Assembly (NCBI GenBank): GCA_029548865.1
Contig: JAKPMO010000007.1
Span: 30,264-94,263 of the forward strand
DNA: 64,000 nucleotides
DNA from: Caldisericota bacterium
Lineage (GTDB): Bacteria; Caldisericota; Caldisericia; JAAYUI01
Direction of reading: 5' to 3'
Positions 20,914 through 29,532 of the stretch are shown one piece after another. The notes below the pieces were generated by a model. That model searched no databases. It was not told the DNA's origin and was given only the letters and a program-made list of their open reading frames with translations. Both the position numbers and the translations under genes were made by a program. Position 1 is the first letter of the stretch, and every line of letters starts with the position of its first letter.

Positions 20914-20946
20914 AAAAAGCCCCAATGATTTTGGGGCTTTTTTTGT
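20914..20946 (+). terminator. rho-independent terminator
   Basis: AAAGCCCCAA-tgatt-TTGGGGCTTT followed by a T-run. Confidence 0.65.
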
Positions 20947-20967
20947 TATAATGTTCTAGTTGAAAAA

Positions 20968-22092
20968 ATGGTAAAAATCACAAAGGCACAAATCATTCGC
21001 TACATGCTCTATGCAGGAGCACTTTCAATCATTGCTGTTCTCTTTGTAATGCAGTTTGCAACCGGGCTTGATTTTGGATCGGCTTTAAAATCCCTTGGCA
21101 AAACAAACCTGTGGTTCATACTTGCCGCCATTGCAATTAACGTCTCTGCGTACTTTACAGAGGCCCTACAACTTTACCTGCTTGCCAAAACGCTTGGGAA
21201 AAAACCGAGCTTTTGGGGAATGATGTTGATATTTTTTATCGGCAACTTCTTTTCGAATGTCACACCTGCAACATCTGGCGGAAAACCTTTCCAGATATAC
21301 TTTTTACTCGATCAGGGTTTCTCTATTGCAGAAGGGACCGTAATGGTTATTGCCAGAGGAATAATATCTGTATCAACAAGAATATTTCTTGTCCTTGCAG
21401 TAGCTGTGGCAGTTTTATTTGGGTTTGATAGCAATCTGTCAAGTTTTATCGGGTGGACATTCGTTTTAACCCTGATAATGATGATAGCGCTGATCGCAAT
21501 GGGCATTGCCGCACTCCTCAACCCAAAGTTTTTTTCCTTCTTAATTAATATCGCCTCGCGAATTAGGCTAGTGAGAAAACTCGTCAAAGCGCCCACGGTT
21601 GATGAATGTATGGCAAAAGGCTACAGGTTCCTCGACTCGGTGAAAAATTCCTCAAAGATGATTTTCGGGGGGAACAAAGTTTATCTTACCCTGACAATTT
21701 TTACGAGCCTTGTCTCATGGTTCCTTCTGAAAACTGTTCCATATTTTGTTTTGCTTTCTTTTGGAGAGAGCATTCCGCTGATGATTGTTGTCGCAACATC
21801 AATAATATCGCAGCTGCTTACAATCTGGGTGCCAACACCAGGTGCCTCTGGCGGTGTAGAAATAGGCCTTGGAACTCTTTTCAGGGGGCTTGTTGCAAAC
21901 CCAGGAAATCTTTCACCGTTCGTGCTCGTTTACAGACTAATAGACTACCATCTAAACATGCTTGTCGGCTTGCCGATCGCCTTCTGGGCACTTGGCAAAA
22001 AAGTGAAACCAGTTATTTGTACACCTCAAAATGAGAATGAAGTCGAAACATCTGCCGGAGTTCCGGAATGTGAGGGAGGGACCCTGAAATGA
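20968..22092 (+). CDS. UPF0104 / LPG-synthase-TM family membrane protein, tandem paralog
   Basis: Colinear with the upstream paralog: 'FFSNVTPATSGGKPFQIYF', 'TPGASGGVEIGL'. Confidence 0.65.
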   Translation: MVKITKAQIIRYMLYAGALSIIAVLFVMQFATGLDFGSALKSLGKTNLWFILAAIAINVSAYFTEALQLYLLAKTLGKKPSFWGMMLIFFIGNFFSNVTPATSGGKPFQIYFLLDQGFSIAEGTVMVIARGIISVSTRIFLVLAVAVAVLFGFDSNLSSFIGWTFVLTLIMMIALIAMGIAALLNPKFFSFLINIASRIRLVRKLVKAPTVDECMAKGYRFLDSVKNSSKMIFGGNKVYLTLTIFTSLVSWFLLKTVPYFVLLSFGESIPLMIVVATSIISQLLTIWVPTPGASGGVEIGLGTLFRGLVANPGNLSPFVLVYRLIDYHLNMLVGLPIAFWALGKKVKPVICTPQNENEVETSAGVPECEGGTLK

Positions 22093-22859
22093 TAGGTTTC
22101 TTTGATTCAGGGGTTGGTGGACTCTCCATCCTCAAAAATGCGTTAGAAATACTCCCAAATCACGATTATGCCTATTTTGGTGATGAGGCATACTGCCCAT
22201 GGGGCGAGAAACCAAAAGAGTTCATAATCGAGAGAAGCAGGCTGATTACAATAAAACTCATATCGCTTGGCACAAAAGCAATTGTGGTTGCCTGCAACAC
22301 AGCGACTGTAAACGCAATCTCCACGCTTAGAGCAGAATTTCCCAATATACCATTCATTGGCGTCGAGCCAGGAGTAAAACCGGCAACAACACTGACTGAA
22401 AGCGGCAAGATAGCTGTTCTGGCAACAAAGGCGACATCTCTTGGGGAGCGTTTTCTCCAGCTTGTAAACCTCTTTGCCCAAGACAAGGACATAATAATGA
22501 TACCCTCAAGTGGTCTTGTGGAGCTTGTGGAGCAGGGAAAATGCGAGGGCGAAGAGGTTGAGGAACGCCTCTCGGAAATACTGTTACCGTATATGAAAAC
22601 AGGTTTTGACCAGCTGGTGCTTGGGTGCACACACTACCCGTTCCTTGCCGGTGCGCTCAGAAAAATACTCCCCTCGAAAGTCAATATTATCGATACTGGC
22701 CCGCCAGTTGCCAAACAGCTTGCAAGGGTAATAATGCAAAACAACATACTGGAAGGCAATGGCAGGGTCAGTCTGTGGACCTCCGGCGATCCAGGGAAAT
22801 TTTGTGAACTCGCAAGTAAGTTGCTGGGTATCGAAATAAATAAGATAGAAAGGTTTTGA
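22089..22859 (+). CDS. murI: glutamate racemase
   Basis: 'IGFFDSGVGGLS', 'VVACNTAT', 'LVLGCTHYP'. Start overlaps the upstream stop (ATGA). Confidence 0.9.
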   Translation: MIGFFDSGVGGLSILKNALEILPNHDYAYFGDEAYCPWGEKPKEFIIERSRLITIKLISLGTKAIVVACNTATVNAISTLRAEFPNIPFIGVEPGVKPATTLTESGKIAVLATKATSLGERFLQLVNLFAQDKDIIMIPSSGLVELVEQGKCEGEEVEERLSEILLPYMKTGFDQLVLGCTHYPFLAGALRKILPSKVNIIDTGPPVAKQLARVIMQNNILEGNGRVSLWTSGDPGKFCELASKLLGIEINKIERF

Positions 22860-22920
22860 CATGGCACTTAAAGTGCCTAAGATGGTGATAGAAGTGCATG
22901 GGAAGGAGTGTGGCCTTTAA

Positions 22921-24570
22921 ATGAAGAAACTGACAGCTTTTTTGTTGTGTGCTCTGGTAATAATGCCGTGTTTTCAGACAGCCCTCTCTCAGGATGACAA
23001 ACTGATCGAGCTTTCTCCAAAAGAAATCAATATTGTCGCGAAGCAGGGTGAAACGGCAACAGCCACAATGGGCATCTTCAACAGGGGTTCCAGCTCCCTC
23101 CTGTTTTCGCTCTCAAAGTCCTACAGCAAGGCAAAAACACAGCCTCTGGCATCACCAGATGGAAATATGCTGGTGTATCCAAGTTTCCTGGATTTCGGCA
23201 CTGTACCCTCCAAAGGCGAGGTTTCGCAAACTGTTACATGTACAGCACCAACGGAACAATATCTCCAGGTCACGGCCTCAAGCGATGTTGAATGGATAAA
23301 ATGCCTCATACGCAATATAGACAAAACGGTTGTTTCTGTAACAGTGACCGTCAAGCTTGACGGAATGGTCACAGGACAGCTTTACAGGGGCAATGTCATT
23401 CTGGCTTCAAATGCCGGCCTTGTTCAGGTACCAGTCATTCTTCAGGTGGCGACCACAACAGTCAAGGACTGGCTTTCATACAACCCCACAAACGGCATCG
23501 TCTCTCCTGGCAACAACACTGGGATACAGATAAAAGCATCAGCAAAAGGCCTCCCGCCAGGCGACCAGTTCGCAACAATCATCGTTACATCCAATGATGA
23601 AAAACAGCCGGTCATTGAAGTTCCAGTCAAACTGACTGTAATCGCCGGTTCTCCTGCGCCATCCACGCCAGAAATATTCGTCGGCTATCCAGGAGATGGC
23701 AGGGCCCACCTTTTCTGGAAACCAATCGCATCACCAAACATTGTTGGTTACTACATATTCAGGTCAAACAACCCGGGGATTTATACGGATGTTGCAATAA
23801 CCGATTTCTATGTCACCGGCACACAATACACCGACCCAAACGTCACCAATGGCTTGATCTATTACTACATAATCAAGTCAGTCGACCAGAACGGCAACCT
23901 CTCTGATGCCTCAAACGAGATAATGGTCATGCCAAACCCGATAAAACCTGTCGTCAACCTCAAGGACGGCTTGGTCACAAGGACGCAGGTACTTGATGTT
24001 ACAGGTGTTGCCGAACCAAACTCGCAGATCATCGTAAATGGGGAACTTGCAATAATCGACCCGGATGGCAAATTCCAGGCCAAAACGGTGCTAAGGGTTG
24101 GTTCCAATACAATCACCGTCATAGTATTTGATCCGGGTGGCAACCAGACAAAATTCACATACAAGGTCAGCTTCTCCGCCTACACTACCGTGATCTTGAT
24201 GGTTGGCTCCAAAAATGCCTGGGTAAACGGTGAAGAGAAAAAGAATGCCCTGCCTCAGGCGCCAGTCATCATAAGCGGCAAGACATTCGTTCCTTTCCGC
24301 TTCCTTGGCGAAAGCCTGGGGGCAGACATCGGCTGGGACGACCAGACCAAGAAAGTCACATACACGCTTGAGGGCAAGAAAGTCGAGATGTGGATTGGCA
24401 AGACAACCGCATCCGTCGACGGAAAACCGGTTTCAGTCAACCCTCCGCCACAAGTCATTGGTGGCTCAACATTCGTCCCGACAAGGTTCATAACAGAGGC
24501 GCTTGGCGCATCCATTGAATGGAAAGCGGCAACCAAAACAGTAGTGATAACATATCCGGCAAAACCATGA
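22921..24570 (+). CDS. secreted surface protein: beta-rich region, Fn3-like module and two C-terminal copper-amine-oxidase N-terminal (stalk) domains
   Basis: Signal peptide MKKLTAFLLCALVIMPCFQTALSQ. 'GKTFVPFRFLGESLGADIGWDDQTKKVT' and 'GGSTFVPTRFITEALGASIEWKAATKTV' are canonical stalk repeats. Confidence 0.6.
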   Translation: MKKLTAFLLCALVIMPCFQTALSQDDKLIELSPKEINIVAKQGETATATMGIFNRGSSSLLFSLSKSYSKAKTQPLASPDGNMLVYPSFLDFGTVPSKGEVSQTVTCTAPTEQYLQVTASSDVEWIKCLIRNIDKTVVSVTVTVKLDGMVTGQLYRGNVILASNAGLVQVPVILQVATTTVKDWLSYNPTNGIVSPGNNTGIQIKASAKGLPPGDQFATIIVTSNDEKQPVIEVPVKLTVIAGSPAPSTPEIFVGYPGDGRAHLFWKPIASPNIVGYYIFRSNNPGIYTDVAITDFYVTGTQYTDPNVTNGLIYYYIIKSVDQNGNLSDASNEIMVMPNPIKPVVNLKDGLVTRTQVLDVTGVAEPNSQIIVNGELAIIDPDGKFQAKTVLRVGSNTITVIVFDPGGNQTKFTYKVSFSAYTTVILMVGSKNAWVNGEEKKNALPQAPVIISGKTFVPFRFLGESLGADIGWDDQTKKVTYTLEGKKVEMWIGKTTASVDGKPVSVNPPPQVIGGSTFVPTRFITEALGASIEWKAATKTVVITYPAKP

Positions 24571-25025
24571 GACCAGACAAACCAACATATTTCATGATGA
24601 TAACAGACATCGTTGCCAAAAGGTCAACATGTCTCAGGCGCCAGGTCGGCTGTGTGCTGGTGGATTCAGACGGCAATATAAAAGCAACTGGCTACAACGG
24701 CGTTGTGGCAGGAATGACCCACTGCGACACCTGCCAGAGGGAACTCCTGGCTTCCGGATCAGACCTCTGGCAGTGCCCGGTCATCCACGCTGAAATCAAC
24801 GCAATCTCGAGGTATGAGGGGCCAAGAAAAGACATTACCCAGATTTTTTGCACGACACTGCCGTGTTTCCACTGTGCAAAGGTCATTGCAAACACCTTTC
24901 CAAACCTTGAAGAGCTCCATTACCATGACGACTACCCGCACAGCGAGCTGATCAAGGAGGTCTTCATCAACAAAGGCATCAAGCTAATGCTCCACAAGGA
25001 CGGCGAGGTGGAGGAGGCGAGATAA
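24567..25025 (+). CDS. dCMP/cytidine deaminase (ComEB-like)
   Basis: Zinc motifs 'HAEINAI' and 'PCFHCAKVI'. ATG overlaps the upstream stop (ATGA). Confidence 0.8.
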   Translation: MRPDKPTYFMMITDIVAKRSTCLRRQVGCVLVDSDGNIKATGYNGVVAGMTHCDTCQRELLASGSDLWQCPVIHAEINAISRYEGPRKDITQIFCTTLPCFHCAKVIANTFPNLEELHYHDDYPHSELIKEVFINKGIKLMLHKDGEVEEAR

Positions 25026-25041
25026 AAACACCAAATAAAAA

Positions 25042-26376
25042 TCAGATCGAATATCTCATGCTCATATCCGCATAGAATTTAAGATATCCTGCGATTTGCT
25101 CCGGTTTCTTAAAACAAGCAGGTTCGCCTAGGTCTCCCCTTTCAGAAAAGCTCTGGGCCACACATCCCCCAGCACAACTGGGGACAAGCGGACATTCAAG
25201 ATCCAGGCAACGCTTGACCTTTGAGATCCTAGCATCAATCCACATTTTTTCTTTCATGCAGTCAATAGGAGCACTGAAATTTACATTTCCTATCTCAAAG
25301 CCTTCTCTCCCAATAAATTCCCAACAAGTCCCGATTGCGCCATCGGGCGATACTGTATAAAAACCCTTCGTGCCAACACCACAAAGATTTGACAACACAA
25401 GATTTTTTATGTATTTTCTTATGTGCTTGGCTCCCCCGCAAAAACCATAAGCATTGATCAGCTCAATGATTCCGGTTATCTTTTCAAAGTAGCTATCAAT
25501 AGATAGGCATTTGCTTTTGTATCCAAGAGACTCCGGCGTCATATGGACAACAGGATATGCATAAACACGCAAATTCTCATGATTCGAAAAACCCCTTTTG
25601 TCCAAATCCATTAAAAGGCCTTTCAGTGAAAAGGCGTTCTCCAGATCAATATTTACCCTGATCTCAATATTTGGGATCTTTCTATTGATTGCTTCCCCTA
25701 TTCCATTCACAACATCTTCGTAGGATGGTTTTCCACCTACATAGAACCTTTTTGAATCATGATTCTTTTTATCCCCGTGGATTGTCACCTGTATCCTTTC
25801 CAATGGCACAGACTTCATGAATCCACCAAGCTTTTTCCTCAGCAACGACCCATTGGTGGTCATTCTCGGAGATATCTTTACTGAAGGATTTGTTTTTGAA
25901 ATTTCCTCATAAATATATCGAAAATGATCAGGAAACAAAAGAGGTTCCCCGCCATAGCAGGCCATGATAAAATGACCGATGTTAAACTTTTTCAGATGGC
26001 CCTGAATGAATCTGACCAGATTTTTTAATGTCCCTTCATCCATGATGCGATCATCTCTGGCCTCATAACAGTACGGGCAAGCAAAATTGCATGCAAAAGA
26101 TGGAGCTATCGTTATATCAAGGGTATCATTTTTCCATGTTTCTCTGGAAAATTTTTCAATCAGAAAGGATTTCTCATCAAAATTTTCGTCAACCAAAAAG
26201 AACGCATTTGACAATTCCTTGCAAGTTTTCTCTTCTTCCGGTAAGTTGCCACTGTTTATGAGACTGATCAGCCTCTTATCAATTATAATTATGGAACCGG
26301 ATATTGTAGACATCAAAACGTATTTATTTTCATCCAATTCTTTGGCAATAATAAATTTTGAAAACCTAAGACCCAT
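25042..26376 (-). CDS. radical SAM / SPASM-domain peptide-modifying enzyme (putative RiPP maturase)
   Basis: Start refined to ATG 26376 (AGAGGAG 5 nt upstream) rather than 26604. N-terminal ~95 aa look RRE/PqqD-like ('ENKYVLMSTISGSIIIIDKRLISLINSG...EEKTCKEL'). 'CNFACPYC' is a CX3CX2C motif. C-terminal SPASM 'C-x4-C-x5-C-x3-C' (CLDLECPLVPSCAGGC) plus a distal Cys. Confidence 0.8.
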   Translation of the reverse strand: MGLRFSKFIIAKELDENKYVLMSTISGSIIIIDKRLISLINSGNLPEEEKTCKELSNAFFLVDENFDEKSFLIEKFSRETWKNDTLDITIAPSFACNFACPYCYEARDDRIMDEGTLKNLVRFIQGHLKKFNIGHFIMACYGGEPLLFPDHFRYIYEEISKTNPSVKISPRMTTNGSLLRKKLGGFMKSVPLERIQVTIHGDKKNHDSKRFYVGGKPSYEDVVNGIGEAINRKIPNIEIRVNIDLENAFSLKGLLMDLDKRGFSNHENLRVYAYPVVHMTPESLGYKSKCLSIDSYFEKITGIIELINAYGFCGGAKHIRKYIKNLVLSNLCGVGTKGFYTVSPDGAIGTCWEFIGREGFEIGNVNFSAPIDCMKEKMWIDARISKVKRCLDLECPLVPSCAGGCVAQSFSERGDLGEPACFKKPEQIAGYLKFYADMSMRYSI

Positions 26377-26393
26377 AATCTCCTCTATAGACT

Positions 26394-26443
26394 CAAAAAA
26401 TATTGGGGGAGACGATTGACTATTTCTCCCCCAATATTTTTTT
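26394..26443 (-). terminator. intrinsic terminator/attenuator hairpin between the precursor-peptide ORF and the rSAM gene
   Basis: Perfect 13-bp inverted repeat ATATTGGGGGAGA / TCTCCCCCAATAT with a 12-nt loop. In transcript orientation it is flanked by an A-run and TTTTTT. It lies in the 79-nt spacer between the ORFs. Confidence 0.6.
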
Positions 26444-26455
26444 AAACACCAACCA

Positions 26456-26644
26456 TCAGACCATTGCATTATTGGTCCAGCACCTATAATTTGGGCACGA
26501 GCAGACTTCCATGGTAGCAGGATTGTAGTTTTGTTGGTCAATCCAGACAACTGACAAACCAGAAATGGGTTCCATGATTTCTGTATTAACAAGGCCACTT
26601 TCAACCGATACCTTTATCGAGTTTATATTGTGCTGATATGGCAT
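26456..26644 (-). CDS. candidate RiPP precursor peptide (62 aa) with a C-terminal Cys/Trp-containing core
   Basis: Strong SD (GAAAGGAGGTGGAGGG ATG). Sits 79 nt upstream of the rSAM-SPASM gene on the same strand. C-terminus '...NPATMEVCSCPNYRCWTNNAMV' has three Cys and one Trp. Confidence 0.45.
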   Translation of the reverse strand: MPYQHNINSIKVSVESGLVNTEIMEPISGLSVVWIDQQNYNPATMEVCSCPNYRCWTNNAMV

Positions 26645-26927
26645 CCCTCCACCTCCTTTCTGCTCAATTGAGTAGCATCGTATTATTTGACATCAAGAAT
26701 TGATCGTTAAATCAAATTATCCATTATGATAATTATTTGAATGGTTATTTTTAACCTTTTTAATATTCCAATTTTTTTATAATCAGTTTTTTTGAAAATA
26801 CCCAAAAAAGTTGATCAGGAAACTATTGCATCAGTATCATACCGAATACCTGACTTTTTACTATAAATCGTAGTATTAGAAATCATGGCGATTTTATCAA
26901 TAAAAAGTCAGGAGGAATTTTTGTAGA

Positions 26928-27710
26928 ATGAAACAAAAAAGGTATGCACTCATCCGTCATCTCTCCCAAATTGGCTTTGTACTTCTGATTCTGTATTACA
27001 CTCTGGGGCGATTTATTTTTCCTGGGGTCAGGGGAATCGAACTACACGGAATCTGTCCCTTTGGTGGGGTAGAGACGTTGCCAACATTTCTTGCTTCTGG
27101 GGGTCTAAAGTTTGTCCATGAAACAGGCCTGTCAAACTTTGCCATGCTGGCGGCACTTCTGCTTGCCGTGCTGGCGTTTGGCGGGGCGTTCTGTGGCTGG
27201 GTGTGCCCTGTGGGTTCGGTCACGGAATGGCTTTTCATGCTAAGAAGGGTATTCTGGAAAAAGAGAATAATTGTTCCAGAAAAATTGCACAATGTTCTGG
27301 TCTGGTTCAGGTACGTCGTCCTTGCCGCCATCCTCTACATGACCTTCTCAATTGGCTTTCTGGTGTTCGGCACAGTCGACCCGTTCCTGAATCTTTTCTC
27401 GTTTGGCAGGGTGTTTGCCGTTGGCCTTGTCGTCCTGGTGCTCATCCTGATCGGCTCGATGTTTATCGAAAGGTTCTTCTGCAGATACCTTTGCCCGCTT
27501 GGCGCAATCATTCTCCCGTTTGCAAAGCTCTCGGCAACAGGCGTTGTGCACTCAAATGAAGATTGCACGTCATGCAAGGGGTGCGAAGAAGTCTGCCCAA
27601 AACAGATACCAATCAGCAGGCAGACAAAAATAGACAGGGGCCAGTGCATCAGCTGCATGAAATGCGTTGAAGAATGCCCGACGGCCCTCAGCTTCAAGAT
27701 TGGATGGTGA
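26928..27710 (+). CDS. NapH/MauN-like membrane polyferredoxin (4Fe-4S binding)
   Basis: Motifs 'CPFGG', 'CGWVCPVGS' and 'CRYLCPLGA' in TM loops. C-terminal 'CTSCKGCEEVCP...CISCMKCVEECP' is a 2x[4Fe-4S] ferredoxin. Confidence 0.75.
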   Translation: MKQKRYALIRHLSQIGFVLLILYYTLGRFIFPGVRGIELHGICPFGGVETLPTFLASGGLKFVHETGLSNFAMLAALLLAVLAFGGAFCGWVCPVGSVTEWLFMLRRVFWKKRIIVPEKLHNVLVWFRYVVLAAILYMTFSIGFLVFGTVDPFLNLFSFGRVFAVGLVVLVLILIGSMFIERFFCRYLCPLGAIILPFAKLSATGVVHSNEDCTSCKGCEEVCPKQIPISRQTKIDRGQCISCMKCVEECPTALSFKIGW

Positions 27711-27991
27711 AAAAAATGAAAATAAAGCCTTATATCGCAGGAATCCTTTTTGTTGTTCTTTTCATCGGATTGATCCAGCTGGCACAAGGTGTTGGTTTCT
27801 GGAGCTCCAGGGAACATGGCGAAGGAAGAGGAAGGCCGCCAGAAGGTTTCCAGAATGGCCAGGAATTCCAGATGCCGCCTGGTGAAGAAGGTGAAGAGAA
27901 CGAGGAAGGCGAAGGCAATCAGTATAGATACAGGATCCGCAACGAGGAGGGGGAAACAGAGGAAGGCGAGGGGCTCGAAGGACAGCCGTGA
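27707..27991 (+). CDS. small membrane-anchored protein with a Glu/Gly-rich acidic tail
   Basis: GTG/ATG start overlapping the napH-like stop. TM 'IAGILFVVLFIGLIQLA', then 'GEEGEENEEGEGNQYRYRIRNEEGETEEGEG'. Low-complexity, so the call is uncertain. Confidence 0.4.
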   Translation: MKKMKIKPYIAGILFVVLFIGLIQLAQGVGFWSSREHGEGRGRPPEGFQNGQEFQMPPGEEGEENEEGEGNQYRYRIRNEEGETEEGEGLEGQP

Positions 27992-28036
27992 CGATGTAGG
28001 AAGTGCTCAAACCAACCAAAAGGGGCAATTTGCGGA

Positions 28037-28080
28037 CTCACGGTCCAGCCATGTTTTTGTGTTGGACCGTGAGGTTTTTA
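28037..28080 (+). terminator. rho-independent terminator for the + strand pair
   Basis: CTCACGGTCCA-15 nt-TGGACCGTGAG, a perfect 11-bp stem, followed by GTTTTTA. Confidence 0.6.
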
Positions 28081-28086
28081 CAAAGA

Positions 28087-28530
28087 TCAGCCGTTTTTCT
28101 CTATGGCCTCTAGCGTCACCAAAAGACTCTCTATGAGTTCAATAATTATGGTGTACATGACAAATAGCCCATATGATAAGGCAAAAATGGTCCATGCCAT
28201 TTCCATGAAAGTATGGCATTTAATACCATGGAACAGATAGGCTAGAGTGAAATCAATTGATAATACAACAAATCCGCAAACAAGCCTTATAAACCAGCTC
28301 CTGGAATAAAAAGATGCTGGATTTTTTTCAATCTTTTTTTTGAAAGTTCGTTTGTACAAATAATAAACTGGGCGGCTGAGCAAAATGGCAAGCAGTACAA
28401 TGCAAGGAAATTCTCCCGTTCTAATATAAGCATATACGTCATCGTTGCTAATAGTAAAATAACACAATCGCAAGAATACTATTAATGCAATCAGCAATAA
28501 AATGCTTAGAAGAAGGATTTTTTTCCACAT
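28087..28530 (-). CDS. small 4-TM membrane protein, tandem paralog 1 of 3
   Basis: Shares 'YSRSWFIRLVCGFVVLSIDF' with the downstream paralogs. AT-rich. Confidence 0.5.
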   Translation of the reverse strand: MWKKILLLSILLLIALIVFLRLCYFTISNDDVYAYIRTGEFPCIVLLAILLSRPVYYLYKRTFKKKIEKNPASFYSRSWFIRLVCGFVVLSIDFTLAYLFHGIKCHTFMEMAWTIFALSYGLFVMYTIIIELIESLLVTLEAIEKNG

Positions 28531-28609
28531 GTTATTTATTATACAAAATATTCTCTTTTAAGGAATAGATATAATACCTGCAATAAAAGGAGGGGATTCA
28601 AAAAGACAT

Positions 28610-29023
28610 TTAATTATTCTTTTTCATCTCCAAATAAATCAACTCAAGAACTCCAACAAAGAAAATAAACGATCCGTATGATGCCGCAAAAGCAATCAAG
28701 GTTGTATCGATACTTGTTTGCTCAAAGCCATCAAATAACGGATAGATCTGGAACAGATCAAACGCAATGGTAATAAATCCACAAACGAGTCTAATAAACC
28801 ATCTTCTGGAATAAAGCGGCACGTGGCCTTGTTCGATTTTTACATTAAAAATTAGCCTATACAAATAGTAGATGGTAAGATACACCGTAATCAAAAGGAC
28901 GACAGAAAGGATATCCTTAAGGCTTATGTGGGATGCCGGTTTGAAGATAAAAAAATAAGCAATTACAAGTGCTAGTGTCAAAAATATCGAGAAAACATAT
29001 TGAAAGATTTTTTTCTTCCCCAT
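28610..29023 (-). CDS. small 4-TM membrane protein, tandem paralog 2 of 3
   Basis: 'EQGHVPLYSRRWFIRLVCGFITIAFDLF' is nearly identical to paralog 3. Confidence 0.5.
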   Translation of the reverse strand: MGKKKIFQYVFSIFLTLALVIAYFFIFKPASHISLKDILSVVLLITVYLTIYYLYRLIFNVKIEQGHVPLYSRRWFIRLVCGFITIAFDLFQIYPLFDGFEQTSIDTTLIAFAASYGSFIFFVGVLELIYLEMKKNN

Positions 29024-29121
29024 GTTTTTATTATATAGAATATTCTTCTTTTATAAAGTAGGTGTAAGATTCAGATTTGTAATAAAAAATAAGGGGATCA
29101 AAAATATTTTAGTTATTTTTC

Positions 29122-29532
29122 TTATTTCTCCCAATAAACCAACTCAAAAGCTCCAACATATAGAATAAACAAAATATAAATTGTGACAAAAACAATCAAA
29201 GTCCTTTCGATATACAAGTGCTTAAAACCATTAAATAGTGGATGGATAAAAAATAAATCAAACGCAATAGTAATAAACCCGCAAACGAGCTTGATAAACC
29301 ATCTTCTGGAATAAAATGGCACGTGGCCTTGTTCATCTTTTATCTTGAAAACTACTCTGTATAAACAGTAAATTGGGAAATAAATCATCATGGCAATAGT
29401 AATAAAAAAGACATTTTTTACGCAAACTTGGAGAAACATGAGGCAAAGTGCGAAAAGGAAATACCTAATAAGATAAAGTATTAATATCGAGATTACAATA
29501 AAAGCACTTATAACAAGGATTTTCTTCCACAT
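29122..29532 (-). CDS. small 4-TM membrane protein, tandem paralog 3 of 3
   Basis: Start refined to MWKKILVIS (29532), matching paralog 1's N-terminus. 'EQGHVPFYSRRWFIKLVCGFITIAFDLF'. Confidence 0.5.
   Translation of the reverse strand: MWKKILVISAFIVISILILYLIRYFLFALCLMFLQVCVKNVFFITIAMMIYFPIYCLYRVVFKIKDEQGHVPFYSRRWFIKLVCGFITIAFDLFFIHPLFNGFKHLYIERTLIVFVTIYILFILYVGAFELVYWEK

Noticed and set aside
26377-26604. 520-aa version of the rSAM ORF starting at 26604
   Set aside because: The upstream 76 codons overlap the SD-bearing small peptide ORF and the hairpin terminator. The ATG at 26376 has AGAGGAG at optimal spacing and yields a typical RRE-first domain order.
28575-28600. Plus-strand AAAAGGAGGGGA Shine-Dalgarno-like sequence in the membrane-paralog intergenic
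   Set aside because: No start codon at appropriate spacing on the plus strand. The same block recurs in each duplicated intergenic unit, so it is likely part of the duplicated leader read from the opposite strand.
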